64,000 bases of DNA, taken from NCBI GenBank assembly GCA_950097015.1, contig CATNEN010000003.1, forward strand, positions 13,206,001 through 13,270,000. Direction: 5' to 3'. The stretch is from Macrostomum hystrix (lineage: Eukaryota; Animalia; Platyhelminthes). The notes under the pieces were generated by a model. It did no database searches, was not told the origin of the DNA, and was given only the letters and a program-made list of their open reading frames with translations. The translations under genes were made by a program, and so were the position numbers. Positions 49,463 through 61,538 of the stretch are shown in pieces (position 1 is the stretch's first letter; every line of letters begins with the position of its first letter).

Positions 49463-52400
49463 ATGGAAGCTGAAATTGATCATCTGGAGCACGAAGTTGA
49501 AAAGCTCTATCAGCAGCTGGACCTTAGCGATGACCCTGAATTAGAGGCACTAGTTGATGAGAACCTTAAGTGCCGATATAGAATCCAACACTTGAAAATG
49601 GTAAGGCTTTAGACTAGAAATGAATTATAAAAAGATTGTTTGACCCTTGTCCAAGTAGATTCACAAGAGACCCTGTCCTAGTAGATTCAGGACAGATCCT
49701 TTCATAGTAGATTCAGGACAGACCCTGTCCGAGTAGATTCAGGAAAGACCCTGTCCTAGTACATGCTGGATACACAGTCCATTTAGATTCAGGACAGACC
49801 CTTGTTGTAGTAGCTCAGGACAGACCCTTGTTGTAGTAGCTCAGGACAGACCCTTGTTGTAGTAGCTCAGGACAAACCCTTGTAGTAGTAGCTCAGGACA
49901 GACCCTTGTTGTAGTTGCTCAGGACAGACCCTTGTAGTTGTAGCTCAGGACAGACCCTTGTTGTAGTTGCTCAGGACAGACCCTTGTTGTAGTAGCTCAG
50001 GACAGACCCTTGTAGTTGTAGCTCAGGACAGACCCTTGTTGTAGTTGCTCAGGACAGACCCTTGTTGTAGTTGCTCAGGACAGACCCTTGTAGTTGTAGC
50101 TCAGGACAGACTGTAGTGCAAGCACTCTCGTGATCAAAATTGTCTCCCACCGCAGAGCATAGCCAAGGAGGAAGCCAAGCCATTGGAGCGGATGATTAGC
50201 GTGCAGGCGGCTCTCAGCGCGCACCTGCAGGCCGCTATTTGTGCCGCCTATCCCGAAGCCGGAGCCAAGGCCAAAATTCAACTGACCTCCAGCACCAAAG
50301 AGGAATTTGGCGACTATCAGTGCAGCAACGCCATGTCGCTGGCTAAAGCTGTGAAACAGCAGCCTCGCGATGTTGCAGCCGCCATTGTCGGCAAGTTAAA
50401 CGCCAGCGATTTCATTGAGAAGGCTGAGATTGCCGGTCCTGGTTTCATCAACATTTCGCTTCGCAGGCAGCCAGTCATTGAAGAGTTAAATCGCCTGCTG
50501 GTCTATGGCGTTCGACCGCCGCCTGTTGATCGCAAGCGTCGTGTTGTTGTGGATTATTCTTCGCCAAATATTGCCAAACAGATGCACGTCGGCCATCTGA
50601 GATCCACTATCATTGGCGACAGTGTTGCTAGGCTGTGCAGATTTCTGGGTCACGATGTGCTGGCCTTGAATCACGTCGGCGACTGGGGCACCCAGTTTGG
50701 CATGTTGATTGCTCACCTCAGAGATCGCTTCCCGGATTATGCCACCAAATGTCCACCGATTGGCGATCTGCAGGTGAGCTCATGCCTAACTAGTCATGAG
50801 AAATAAATTGACACACTGTTTAATCCTCAAAATTCCACATCCTTAATTCTAAAAATTTCACATACTGGTTAATCCTCAATCTCACATCCTGGTTAATCCT
50901 TGAAGTTTTATATCTTAAGAATCCATAAATAAACAAATTATTACATTTTCCAAGCTTCGTTTTTCAGTCATTCTACAAGGAATCAAAGTTGCGCTTCGAT
51001 TCTGACGAACAGTTCAAACAGCGTGCCTATGCCGCCGTTGTCTCGCTGCAAAAACGAGATCCCGACTCCACGGCAGCTTGGAATCTTATCTGCGACGTTA
51101 GCAGGAAGGACTTTCAGGTTGGTTAGGTTGTCCTACAGAATTTACAGCTTTTTATCCCAAATCTTGGGGTTTCTGTCCAAAATATAACTATTCTTATCCT
51201 AGGTTTAGGGATTCTTATCCCTAATCACGAAGGCATAATCCAGATTCATAATTCTAGTGAATTTCATACCTTATGTTGGGATTATTATCCCAATGTAGGG
51301 ATTATTATATCGAATGCAGGGATTCTTATCCCATATGTATATTTTTTTATCTCGAATGTAGGGATTCTTACCCCGAATGTAGGGATTCTTACCCCGAATG
51401 TAGGGATTCTTACCCCGAATGTAGGGATTCTTACCCCGAATGTAGGGATTCTTACCCCGAATGTAGGGATTCTTACCCCGAATGTAGGGATTCTTACCCC
51501 GAATGTAGGGATTCTTACCCCGAAATCTGAATCCAGAAGTCTATTTTAACATGAATCCAAATTTTAATCATTGCTTCACTCTACATTTTCTAGAAACTTT
51601 ACGACAGACTCAGCATCGGAAATCTAATTGAACGCGGCGAGTCCTTCTACCAGGACCTTATGATTGAGGTTGTAGACGAGTTAAAAAGCTCCGGCCATCT
51701 CGTTGAAGACGAAGGACGCCTAATTATGTGGCCACCGGGCTGCGAAATCCCCCTGACTGTTGTGAAATCTGACGGCGGCTTCACCTACGACACTTCTGAC
51801 TTGGCCGCTATAAGGCAGAGATTGTTTGCTGAGTCCGCCGATTGGATTGTCTACGTTGTGGATATTGGACAGGGCCTGCACTTTAAGGTTTGTGAGGAAT
51901 GAGATAGGTGGCTGCGGAGTGGATGGGAAATACTGATCGTTTGAGAGGAAGGAATAAGGGATAATGAGATAATGAGAGCTTAGCAGGTCAGAAGATGTGG
52001 ATTAGCAAGTGAGAAGATGAGGGATTAGCAGGTAAGAAGATTAGCAGTTAAGAATGATAAGGGATTGGCAGGCTAGAGGACGATGAATTAGAAGGTGAGA
52101 GGATGAAGGATTAGCAGCAGACAGGATAAGGGATTAGCAGATGAGAAGATAAAGGATTAGCAGGTGAGAGAACGAAGGATTAGAAGATGAGATAATGAAA
52201 GATTAGCAAGTGAGAGAACGAAGGATTAGCAGGCGAGAGAATGAAGGATTAGCAGGTGATTAGAGTAGCAGGTGAAAGTACATTTAAGGAAAGGAATCTA
52301 TAAACGGAGAATTCACTTCCGCAGGGCATTTTCTCAGCGGCCGAGAAGGCGGGCTGGCTAAATCCGGCCGTGGCTCGAGTCGATCACGTCGGCTTCGGCG

Positions 52401-53018
52401 TTGTGCTTGGCGAAGATCGCAAAAAGTTCAAGACACGCAGCGGCGATACGGTTCGCCTGATGGACCTCCTTGACGAAGGCCTGGAGCGCGCCGGATCTAA
52501 GCTGGCTGAGAAGGGCCGTGACAAGGAGCTGACGCCTGAGGAGTTGACCGCGGCAAAGGAGGCCATCGCCTACGGCTGCATCAAGTATGCCGATTTGGCG
52601 CACAATCGCAACAACGACTACGTGTTCTCCTTCGACAAGATGCTGGACGATCGCGGCAATACGGCCGTCTATCTCTTGTACGCTTACACTAGGATCAGCT
52701 CAATCGCCCGCACTGCCAATCTGAGCCAAGAGGATCTGCTCAAACTGGCCAAGAATCCCGGCATCACTGAACTGCAGCATCCCAAAGAGTGGAAACTGGC
52801 TAAACAGTTGCTCCGCTTTGCCGATGTTGTTGACAAACTGGCCCAGGATCTGCTGTTTCACGCTCTGTGCGACTTCTTGTACGAGACTGCCTGCGTCTTC
52901 ACCGAATTCTACGATGCTTGTTATTGCATTGAGAAGAATCGCGACACTGGTGCGTTTACCGAATCTATTTTAGCCTGTCTGCTTGTCTGTCTGTCTGTCT
53001 GTCATGGCTGTCCGTCTT

Positions 53019-53064
<46 letters not shown>

Positions 53065-53069
53065 ATGGC

Positions 53070-53122
<53 letters not shown>

Positions 53123-53210
53123 GTCTGCCTGTCTCTCTGTCTGTCTGCCTGTCTCTCTGTCTGTCTGTCTGTCTGTCTGTTTTGTCTGTCCGTCTGTCTG
53201 TTGTGCTGCC

Positions 53211-53247
<37 letters not shown>

Positions 53248-53260
53248 GTCTGCCTGTCTC

Positions 53261-53293
<33 letters not shown>

Positions 53294-53765
53294 TTTGTCT
53301 GTCCGTCTGTCTGTTGTGCTGCCTGTCTGTCTGTCTGTCTGTTGTGCTGCCTGTCTGCCTGTCTGTTGTGCTGTCTGTCTGTCTGTCTTATCTGTATGTT
53401 TGTTGTGCTGTCTGTCTGTCTGCCTTATCTGTCTGCCTGTAATGTATCTGTTTTTTATATCTGTCCGCATGCATGTCTGTCTTTTTTGTGTATTTTTGGC
53501 TCTGTCTGTCTGCCTGCCTTTGTTTCTGTCCGTCTGTCTCTCTGCTTTTCTCCGCACCTGTGCCTGTCATGTCTGTGAGTATTTCTGCATTTCGGCCTAC
53601 TTGCCCTATCTGTGAATTCTGAGAACACAGTCACTCCTAACCCTTCCATCCGCAGGCGAAGTAGTCCGCGTTAACCACTGGCGCATTCTGCTATGCGACG
53701 CCACAGCCAAGATTATGAAGGCTGGCCTGGACATACTGGGCATCCGCACTGTTGGGAGAATGTAA
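49463..53765 (+). CDS. RARS1: Cytoplasmic arginyl-tRNA synthetase; exons 49463-49600, 50156-50773, 50968-51117, 51594-51887, 52325-52949, 53656-53765
   Basis: N-terminal coiled-coil extension, [42 protein letters not shown] (HIGH), [39 protein letters not shown]-terminal LGIRTVGRM*. All splices are phase-consistent. Confidence 0.97.
49650..50112. repeat. 26-bp intronic minisatellite (ctcaggacagacccttgttgtagtag)n
   Basis: RARS1 intron 1. Confidence 0.92.
51275..51525. repeat. 21-bp intronic minisatellite (cgaatgtagggattcttaccc)n
   Basis: RARS1 intron 3. Confidence 0.92.
51955..52275. repeat. Degenerate ~23-bp purine-rich repeat (ggattagcaggtgagagaatgaa)
   Basis: RARS1 intron 4. Confidence 0.75.
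52975..53550. repeat. (TCTG)n microsatellite
   Basis: RARS1 intron 5; explains the CLSV-repeat ORFs. Confidence 0.95.
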
Positions 53766-54304
53766 AATCGACAGTGTTCTTGTTCTTGTTTTCGAAAAGA
53801 ATTAAGTGATCTTTGCTGATATGACAATTGAACATTATTTATTATTGTAATCAAATATTTACACTTTATTTGGTAACGTGTTTTGTTTAGTTTCAATTTT
53901 TACTTAAGGTTTTTGTGTGTTCTTTAAACTATTTATATACACTATTATTAACATGTTTCAGTGACTTATCCTTGATTGATTTATGGATTCAGTTAAAAAG
54001 CAAATCAATACAGTTTCCTCGGATAAGGCATTGCAGTTTTTTAGTAGTTAAAATTTTTCAAATCAAATCGATCGAGAGATCAAATATACCTAAGGTATAT
54101 TAGTGCTTAAATTGCCATTTGAAAAGTTCTGCTTTTTTAGTAGGACATCGATAACTGTTTGGACCTAACCATCTGTTACTGAGCTGCTGTTATTGTATCG
54201 ATTTCCTTTACTACTTACTACTATCCGGTAAGCATTATTGTTCCTCCATGTTCGGGTGCTTAACCTGAAATGTTATAATTCAAGAAAAGTCAAATATATA
54301 TTAG

Positions 54305-54932
54305 CAGAATCTGCCTAATCCACTGTAACAGAATCCACCCCGTCCCTAATCCGCTGGAGCAGAATCCACCCCGTCCCTAATCCGCTGGAACAGAATCCGC
54401 CCTGTCCCTAATCCGCTGCAACAGAATCCGCCCCTGTCCCTAATCCGCTGCAGCAGAATCCACCCCGTCCCTAATCCGCTGCAGCAGAATCCACCCCGTC
54501 CCTAATCCGCTGCAGCAGAATCCACCCCGTCCCTAATCCGCTGCAGCAGAATCCACCCCGTCCCTAATCCGCTGCAGCAGAATCCACCCCGTCCGTAATC
54601 CGCTGCAGCAGAATCCACCCCGTCCCTAATCCGCTGCAGCAGAATCCACCCCGTCCCTAATCCGCTGCAGCAGAATCCACCCCGTCCCTAATCCGCTGCA
54701 GCAGAATCCACCCCGTCCCTAATCCGCTTGAACAGAATCCGACCCTCTCCCTAGTCCACTGTAACAGAATCCGCCCCTCTCCCTAATCCGCTGTAACAGA
54801 ATCCGCCCCTCTCCCTAATCCGCTGTAACAGAATCCGCCCCTCTCCCTAATCCGCTGTAACAGAATCCGCCCCTCTCCCTAATCCGCTGTAACAGAATCC
54901 GCTGCAACAGAATCCGCGCCTTAGTCCTAATC
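54305..54932. repeat. 31-bp minisatellite (cagaatccaccccgtccctaatccgctgcag)n
   Basis: Directly visible tandem array. Confidence 0.95.
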
Positions 54933-55477
54933 CATTATTTTTATAGTTTCTTTTTGTTAGCCTTCAAATTTTTTGACAAATATTTTGGTTTTTTCTAACC
55001 CAGGTTTGTCATTGCCAGCTAGAAATTTTTGTTTGAACTTAACCAACCAATTTTTATGCGTGTTCTGTTTTGTCAAACTTGTGTGTACGGACCAGTTTGA
55101 GTTTTCATCTAAGGAATAAAATAAAACGATTGATTAGTGTTTAAAAATCTATATTGCTGGCTTCTTTGACAGCAATGATGGTGTATTTAAAATTGAAAAT
55201 AATTTTGCAGTCTTGTTGCCATTTAGTCTATATATTAATACTAGCTTTTTTTGCCCGTTGTTTTTGGGGCAGAAATTTAAAGCAAAGCAGTAAGCAATTC
55301 ACGTCTCTGTATTAACTTTATAGTGAAGGTCACCATTTATTTATTTACTGCATTAATGAAAAGTAAAGAGTTTGTTTAAGGGCATTTTAAGTAAAAAATA
55401 AGTGAAAAGTTTGTCCAAACAGCCCCCTCTTGATTACTTCTTTAGAAACATGTCTCTTAGCCACTCCTCTATACAGT

Positions 55478-55750
55478 CAGTGGCAGATCCAGGAATTTTG
55501 TTTTGGGGCGGTCTGTCAGGGGAGCGCCATGAGAATCACAGAGGGGGTGCAAGCGGCCGAAAAAGGGCGCCAGGAGCCAAGAAAGGGCGCCAGCGGCTGA
55601 AAAACGGGAGCCAGCGGCTGAAAAAGGGGCGCCGACGGCCGAAAAGGGGCGCCAGTGCTGCGACTGGCGCCCCTGGTGGGGGCATCTTATTCCCATGATT
55701 AAAATTTAGGGGGGCGACTGCCCCCCCGCCCCCCCCTAAATCTGCCTCTG
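55478..55750. mobile_element. hAT MITE nested in the Helitron
   Basis: TIRs cagtggcagatccag / ctaaatctgcctctg; perfect 8-bp TSD tatacagt (55470-55477, 55751-55758). Confidence 0.88.
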
Positions 55751-55902
55751 TATACAGTATGCATGTACACGCGTATACATAAGGAAAATAGCCATGGCAT
55801 AACAATAACAATGTCAAAGAAACAAAATTAAACTGTTTCAGAGTTCAGAGTTAGACAGGTCAAGGTCGATTCGTGACTACTTTTCTATTAATTGCTTGTG
55901 AG

Positions 55903-56390
55903 TCACCTCAAGGCCTGGGGATACACCACATTCTTCGTTCTTCCCCTTGGTGCGAAAATGAATAGGCCAGCTGGAGTTCCAACACGGGAGCAGGCGACAT
56001 AAAGCTGCCCATGCGAGAAGCAAGGAGTCTCCAGGTTGATGCCAGCCACCTTCAGCGACTGTCCCTGAGCCTTGTTAATAGTCATCGCAAAGCACACTCT
56101 CACAGGGAACTGCAGTCGCTTGAACTGAAATGGCAGGTCCGTGGGGATAATTGGAATCCGGGGAACGAACACAGACTCTCCTCTGCCAGATCCAGTCATT
56201 ATCGTGGCCTCAATCACGTGTGGGAAGTGCCGCCTGATAGCACGGGATACTCCACAGCGGTGTCATCAGTCAACGTTGTATCAATTGACTTGTAGGTGAA
56301 AACTGCACCTGGCAACTCGTGAAGCAGTTGGTAGTTAATTTCGTTGGCGGCATCATTTCTAGGACACAGAATTGCCCTCTCTGACAGCCC
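55903..56390 (-). pseudogene. Helitron PIF1-like helicase C-terminal fragment
   Basis: LSERAILCPRND...YKSID...VEYP, then a deletion/frame change to IEATIMTG...PRIP...FKRLQFPVRVCFAMTINKAQGQSL...FSHGQLYVACSRV...TKNVVY. Confidence 0.92.
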
Positions 56391-57303
56391 GGGCTTCGGC
56401 GCCCGGGGAAGGGAGGGGGTGGCTGTAATAAAATTTGGCCCGCAGAGTGGCGGAGGGGAGTTGGGGTGGCTGTCCTCGGAAAACAAAAAGTGACTCACTT
56501 TGAGATGATGCGGCTTTGCTCTGGATTGAGTAGAGATGTTCAAAATTGACAGCATTGTTGGAAAACATGTAAAGTGTAAGTGGATCAAATTTGGAGAAAA
56601 TCTGACAAAGTGGGGCGACGATATGTCGAATTGAGTGATTTTTTGACGATTTTTGAGCAGTTTTTTGCACTTTTGAGCAGGAAGGAAATGATTTTTCGGG
56701 AATTTGAGTAGCCTATTGCACTCAGCGTAGGTGGTTTTAGGTATGTGCAAAGTTTGGTGCAATTTGGTTGAGCGGTTTCGGCGTCTATAAAGACAAAAGG
56801 TTGCACACACACACACACACACACAGACAGACAGAGTTTTCACTTTTATATATATAGATGTTTCTACCTAAGGTGTGTTTAAACAGGCTTACTAGTACAG
56901 TTTTACTCTTTAAAACTGCTCATATAGTCGGTAGTATCTGGGGAAAAATATTTTGGCCATCTGGACAATATGCATACTATACAAATTTATATCGATTTTC
57001 TTTCACTCACTCTGACTAAAGAATTGAACTTGGGATTTCATGTAGTAACATTCAATTCTATTGAGCAACTGCTCAACATGAAGATCTAGCTTGGATTCTT
57101 TGCGTTTGTACTGTTCAATTATACATTATCATTAGTTGTGACCATATGATAGCCATATGATAGCCATAAAATAGCCAATTTATGCTATCCACCACTTGCA
57201 GAATGAGCCCCCCCCTAATCCGCCCCTCCTAATCCACCCCTCCTGATCCGCCCCTTGCAGAATCCGCCCCTTTCAGAATCCACCCCTCCTGATCCGCCCC
57301 TTG

Positions 57304-58763
57304 CAGAATCCGCCCCTTTCAGAATCCACCCCTCCTGATCCGCCCCTTGCAGAATCCGCCCCTCCTGATCCGCCCCTCTTGATCCGCCCCTCCTGATCCG
57401 CCCCTCCTTTAGATCACAGGATTACAGGAGCTGGAGGAAACGACCTGGTCCGAAAAAAATGACCTCTGGAATCTTCGGCAAAAATCGAGGTAACCTGAAG
57501 CGGAGAAAATTACCTGACTGAACTTACACGGAGTGCTAAACAGGATTTATTTATATGCTCACGTAAATTAAAAATTAATTTTCTTACAAACTACTTTCAG
57601 AAGATAATGAAAAGCAAAGGATTTGTTTTTTATATTGGCTTCATTCCACTGAAAAGTCTGCACACACTCGTCAGCCGGACCACTATTAGCAAGTCTTACT
57701 TGCAAATATGCATTGTGTGGAATACTCGTATCTAAATCAATGAACGCAAAATTCATAAATTCATTCATAAATCAATGAATGAAAAATATATGCGGTCATT
57801 CTTTCCTCTGTGCCTCCAGTATATGCGGTCATTCTGTCCTCTGTGCCTCCAGTATATGCGGTCATTCCTTCCTCTGTGCCTCCAGTATATGCGGTCATTC
57901 TTTCCTCTGTGCCTCCAGTATATGCGGTCATTCTTTCCTCTGTGCCTCCAGTATATGCGGTCATTCTGTCCTCTGTGCCTCCAGTATATGCGGTCATTCT
58001 TTCCTCTGTGCCTCCAGTATATGCGGTCATTCTTTCCTCTGTGCCTCCAGTATATGCGGTCATTCCTTCCTTTGTGCCTCCAGTATATGCGGTCATTCCT
58101 TCCTTTGTGCCTCCAGTATATGCGGTCATTCCTTCCTCTGTGCCTCCAGTATATGCGGTCATTCTTTCCTCTGTGCCTCCAGTATATGCGGTCATTCTTT
58201 CCTCTGTGCCTCCAGTATATGCGGTCATTCTTTCCTCTTTCCTCTGTGCCTCCAGTATATGCGGTCATTCCTTCCTCTGTGCCTCCAGTATATGCGGTCA
58301 TTCCTTCCTTTGTGCCTTCCAGAATCCGCCCCTTTCAGAATCCACCCCTCCTGATCCGCCCCTTGCAGAATCCGCCCCTCCTGATCCGCCCCTCTTGATC
58401 CGCCCCTCCTGATCCGCCCCTCCTTTAGATCACAGGATTACAGGAGCTGGAGGAAACGACCTGGTCCGAAAAAAATGACCTCTGGAATCTTCGGCAAAAA
58501 TCGAGGTAACCTGAAGCGGAGAAAATTACCTGACTGAACTTACACGGAGTGCTAAACAGGATTTATTTATATGCTCACGTAAATTAAAAATTAATTTTCT
58601 TACAAACTACTTTCAGAAGATAATGAAAAGCAAAGGATTTGTTTTTTATATTGGCTTCATTCCACTGAAAAGTCTGCACACACTCGTCAGCCGGACCACT
58701 ATTAGCAAGTCTTACTTGCAAATATGCATTGTGTGGAATACTCGTATCTAAATCAATGAACGC
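57304..58763. repeat. Direct duplication of ~444 bp (57304-57747 and 58320-58763) separated by a 33-bp satellite
   Basis: The two copies read as identical with an offset of 1016 bp. Confidence 0.92.
57787..58318. repeat. 33-bp minisatellite (ccagtatatgcggtcattctttcctctgtgcct)n
   Basis: Directly visible. Confidence 0.97.
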
Positions 58764-58769
58764 TTTAAA

Positions 58770-60243
58770 AAGATAACTGGAGGACCATGGACAAAAGAGT
58801 ACTGGAGGACTATGGACAAAAGAGTACTGGAAGACCATGGACAAAAGAGTACTGGAAGACCAAGGACAAAAGAGTACTGGAAGACCATGGACAAAAGAGT
58901 ACTGGAGGACCATGGACAAAAGAGTACTGGAGGACCATGGACAAAAGAGTACTGGAGGACCATGGACAAAAGAGTACTGGAAGACCAAGGACAAAAGAGT
59001 ACTGGAGGACCAAGGACAAGAGAGTACTGGAAGACCAAGGACAAAAGAGTACTGGAAGACCATGGACAAAAGAGTACTGGAGGACCATGGACAAAAGAGT
59101 ACTAGAACACCATGGACAAAAGAGTACTGGAAGACCAAGGACAAAAGAGTACTGGAAGACCATGGACAAAAGAGTACTGGAGGACCATGGACAAAAGAGT
59201 ACTGGAAGACCAAGGACAAAAGAGTACTGGAGGACCAAGGACAAGAGAGTACTGGAAGACCAAGGACAAAAGAGTACTGGAAGACCATGGACAAAAGAGT
59301 ACTGGAGGACCATGGACAAAAGAGTACTAGAAGACCATGGACAAAAGAGTACTGGAGGACCATGGACAAAAGAGTACTGGAGGACCATGGACAAAAGAGT
59401 ACTGGAAGACCATGGACAAAAGAGTACTGGAGGACCATGGACAAAAGAGTACTGGAAGACCAAGGACAAAAGAGTACTGGAGGACCAAGGACAAGAGAGT
59501 ACTGGAAGACCAAGGACAAAAGAGTACTGGAAGACCAAGGACAAAAGATAACTAGAGGACCATGGACAAAAGAGTACTGGAAGACCAAGGACAAAAGAGT
59601 ACTGGAGGACCATGGACAAAAGAGTACTGGAAGACCATGGACAAAAGAGTACTGGAGGACCATGGACAAAAGAGTACTGGAAGACCAAGGACAAAAGAGT
59701 ACTGGAGGACCAAGGACAAGAGAGTACTGGAAGACCAAGGACAAAAGAGTACTGGAAGACCAAGGACAAAAGATAACTAGAGGACCATGGACAAAAGAGT
59801 ACTGGAAGACCATGGACAAAAGAGTACTGGAGGACCATGGACAAAAGAGTACTGGAAGACCAAGGACAAAAGAGTACTGGAGGACCAAGGACAAGAGAGT
59901 ACTGGAAGACCAAGGACAAAAGAGTACTGGAAGACCAAGGACAAAAGATAACTAGAGGACCATGGACAAAAGAGTACTAGAAGACCCTGGACAAAAGATA
60001 ACTAGAAGACCATGGACAAAAGATAACTAGAGGACCATGGACAAAAGAGTACTAGAAGACCATGGACAAAAGAGTACTAGAAGACCATGGACAAAAGAGT
60101 ACTGGAAGACCCTGGACAAAAGATAACTAGAGGACCATGGACAAAAGATAACTAGAGGACCATGGACAAAAGATAACTAGAGGACCATGGACAAAAGATA
60201 ACTAGAGGACCATGGACAAAAGAGTACTAGAGAACTATGGACA
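58770..60243. repeat. 25-bp minisatellite (ggacaaaagagtactggaagaccat)n
   Basis: Directly visible ~1.5-kb array. Confidence 0.97.
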
Positions 60244-60481
60244 GCTAAACACTGAAAATGTACTGAGTCAGGAAGGAATGACCGCATATACTGGAGGCAC
60301 AGAGGAAGGAATGACCGCATATACTGGGAGGGGCGGATTCTGCAAGGGGCGGATCAGGAGGGGTGGATTCTGCAAGGGGCGGATAAGAAAGGGTGGATTA
60401 GGAGGGGCTTATTAAGAGGATATCTACTTCAAAATGTACTTCAAGTCTACTTCAAAATTAAGCGAAACTTTTTATTAGCCA

Positions 60482-61010
60482 TGTGGCCACCCCAAAGCCG
60501 GCCAAGGCCGGCCCTTTGTGCATAAACGCTGTGCGTTGACTGGCTGCCCAGTGTACACCGCGGGCCTATATAACCTTATCCTATTATCTCGTGCGCCTTA
60601 CCCTTCTTCTGCCAAATAAACTTTACGTGCGCCACATTGGTGAGCTACGCAACGCGGTGCAATCTTTTCGGTCGCCTCCAACCTCCCGACACGGCCGCCT
60701 CGCTGCCTCCGTGCCTGATGCCCTGGAGTCCTGCACGCAAGTCTTCATCCGCCGCGATGGCCACCGGCCATCTCTGCAGCGGCCGTACTTCAGGCCATTC
60801 AAGGTCCTTGAGCGCGGAGCCAGAACCTTCCGCCTCGACCTGAGCACGCAGCAGGATCACGTTGCAGTGGACAGACTCAAGCCTGCGGCGCTCGATCCCT
60901 GCGAGGCAATTCCGGCTCCGGCGCTGCGGCCACAAGGCCGCCCCCGCTGTGACGGCCGGCCACAACTGCCACGGGATGGAGACCCTCCGATCGCAGCTGC
61001 GCAACCGCCA
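60482..61010 (+). mobile_element. Internally deleted Gypsy element: 155-bp LTR (60482-60636) fused to an integrase C-terminal fragment
   Basis: TGTGGC...GCCACA termini with TATA-like and AATAAA motifs, then tTGGTGA (PBS start), then VFIRRDGHRPSLQRPYFRPFKVLERGARTFRL....DHVAVDRLKPA (GPY/F domain). Confidence 0.8.
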
Positions 61011-61014
61011 CTGC

Positions 61015-61413
61015 TGTCAGTTCACTGTCACTGCTCTCAGTTCACTGTCACTGCTCTCAGTTCACTGTCACTGCTCTCAGTTCACTGTCACTGCTCTCAG
61101 GTCACTGTCACTGCTCTCAGGTCACTGTCACTGCTCTCAGGTCACTGTCACTGCTCTCAGGTCACTGTCACTGCTCTCAGTTCACTGTCACTGCTCTCAG
61201 TTCACTGTCACTGCTCTCAGTTCACTGTCACTGCTCTCAGTTCACTGTCACTGCTCTCAGGTCACTGTCACTGCTCTCAGGTCACTGTCACTGCTCTCAG
61301 GTCACTGTCACTGCTCTCAGGTCACTGTCACTGCTCTCAGTTCACCGTCACTGCTCTCAGTTCACTGTTACTGCTCTCAGGTCACTGTCACTACTCTCAG
61401 TTCACTGTCACTG
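61015..61413. repeat. 20-bp minisatellite (ttcactgtcactgctctcag)n
   Basis: Directly visible. Confidence 0.97.
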
Positions 61414-61538
61414 CCGACGATATTTGCAATTAATAAATGGTTACCAACCAACCGAATTGAAACAACAGATTCTTTAGTAGCCATGCTAACTTGACGAATT
61501 TTTTTTCTTTAATTACCTCAAAAACCTGTGCCTTTTAG

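Larger units (their letters stand above)
55241..56858 (-). mobile_element. Internally deleted Helitron
   Basis: 5' TC-tatatatataaaagtg end at 56858, 3' gccc..gggc hairpin then CTAG at 55241, inserted between A and T; carries PIF1 helicase fragments. Confidence 0.9.

Noticed and set aside
52950-53578. Cys/Leu-rich C-terminal extension of RARS1 in the ORF track
   Set aside because: It is read-through into a (TCTG)n intron. The true last exon is 53656-53765.
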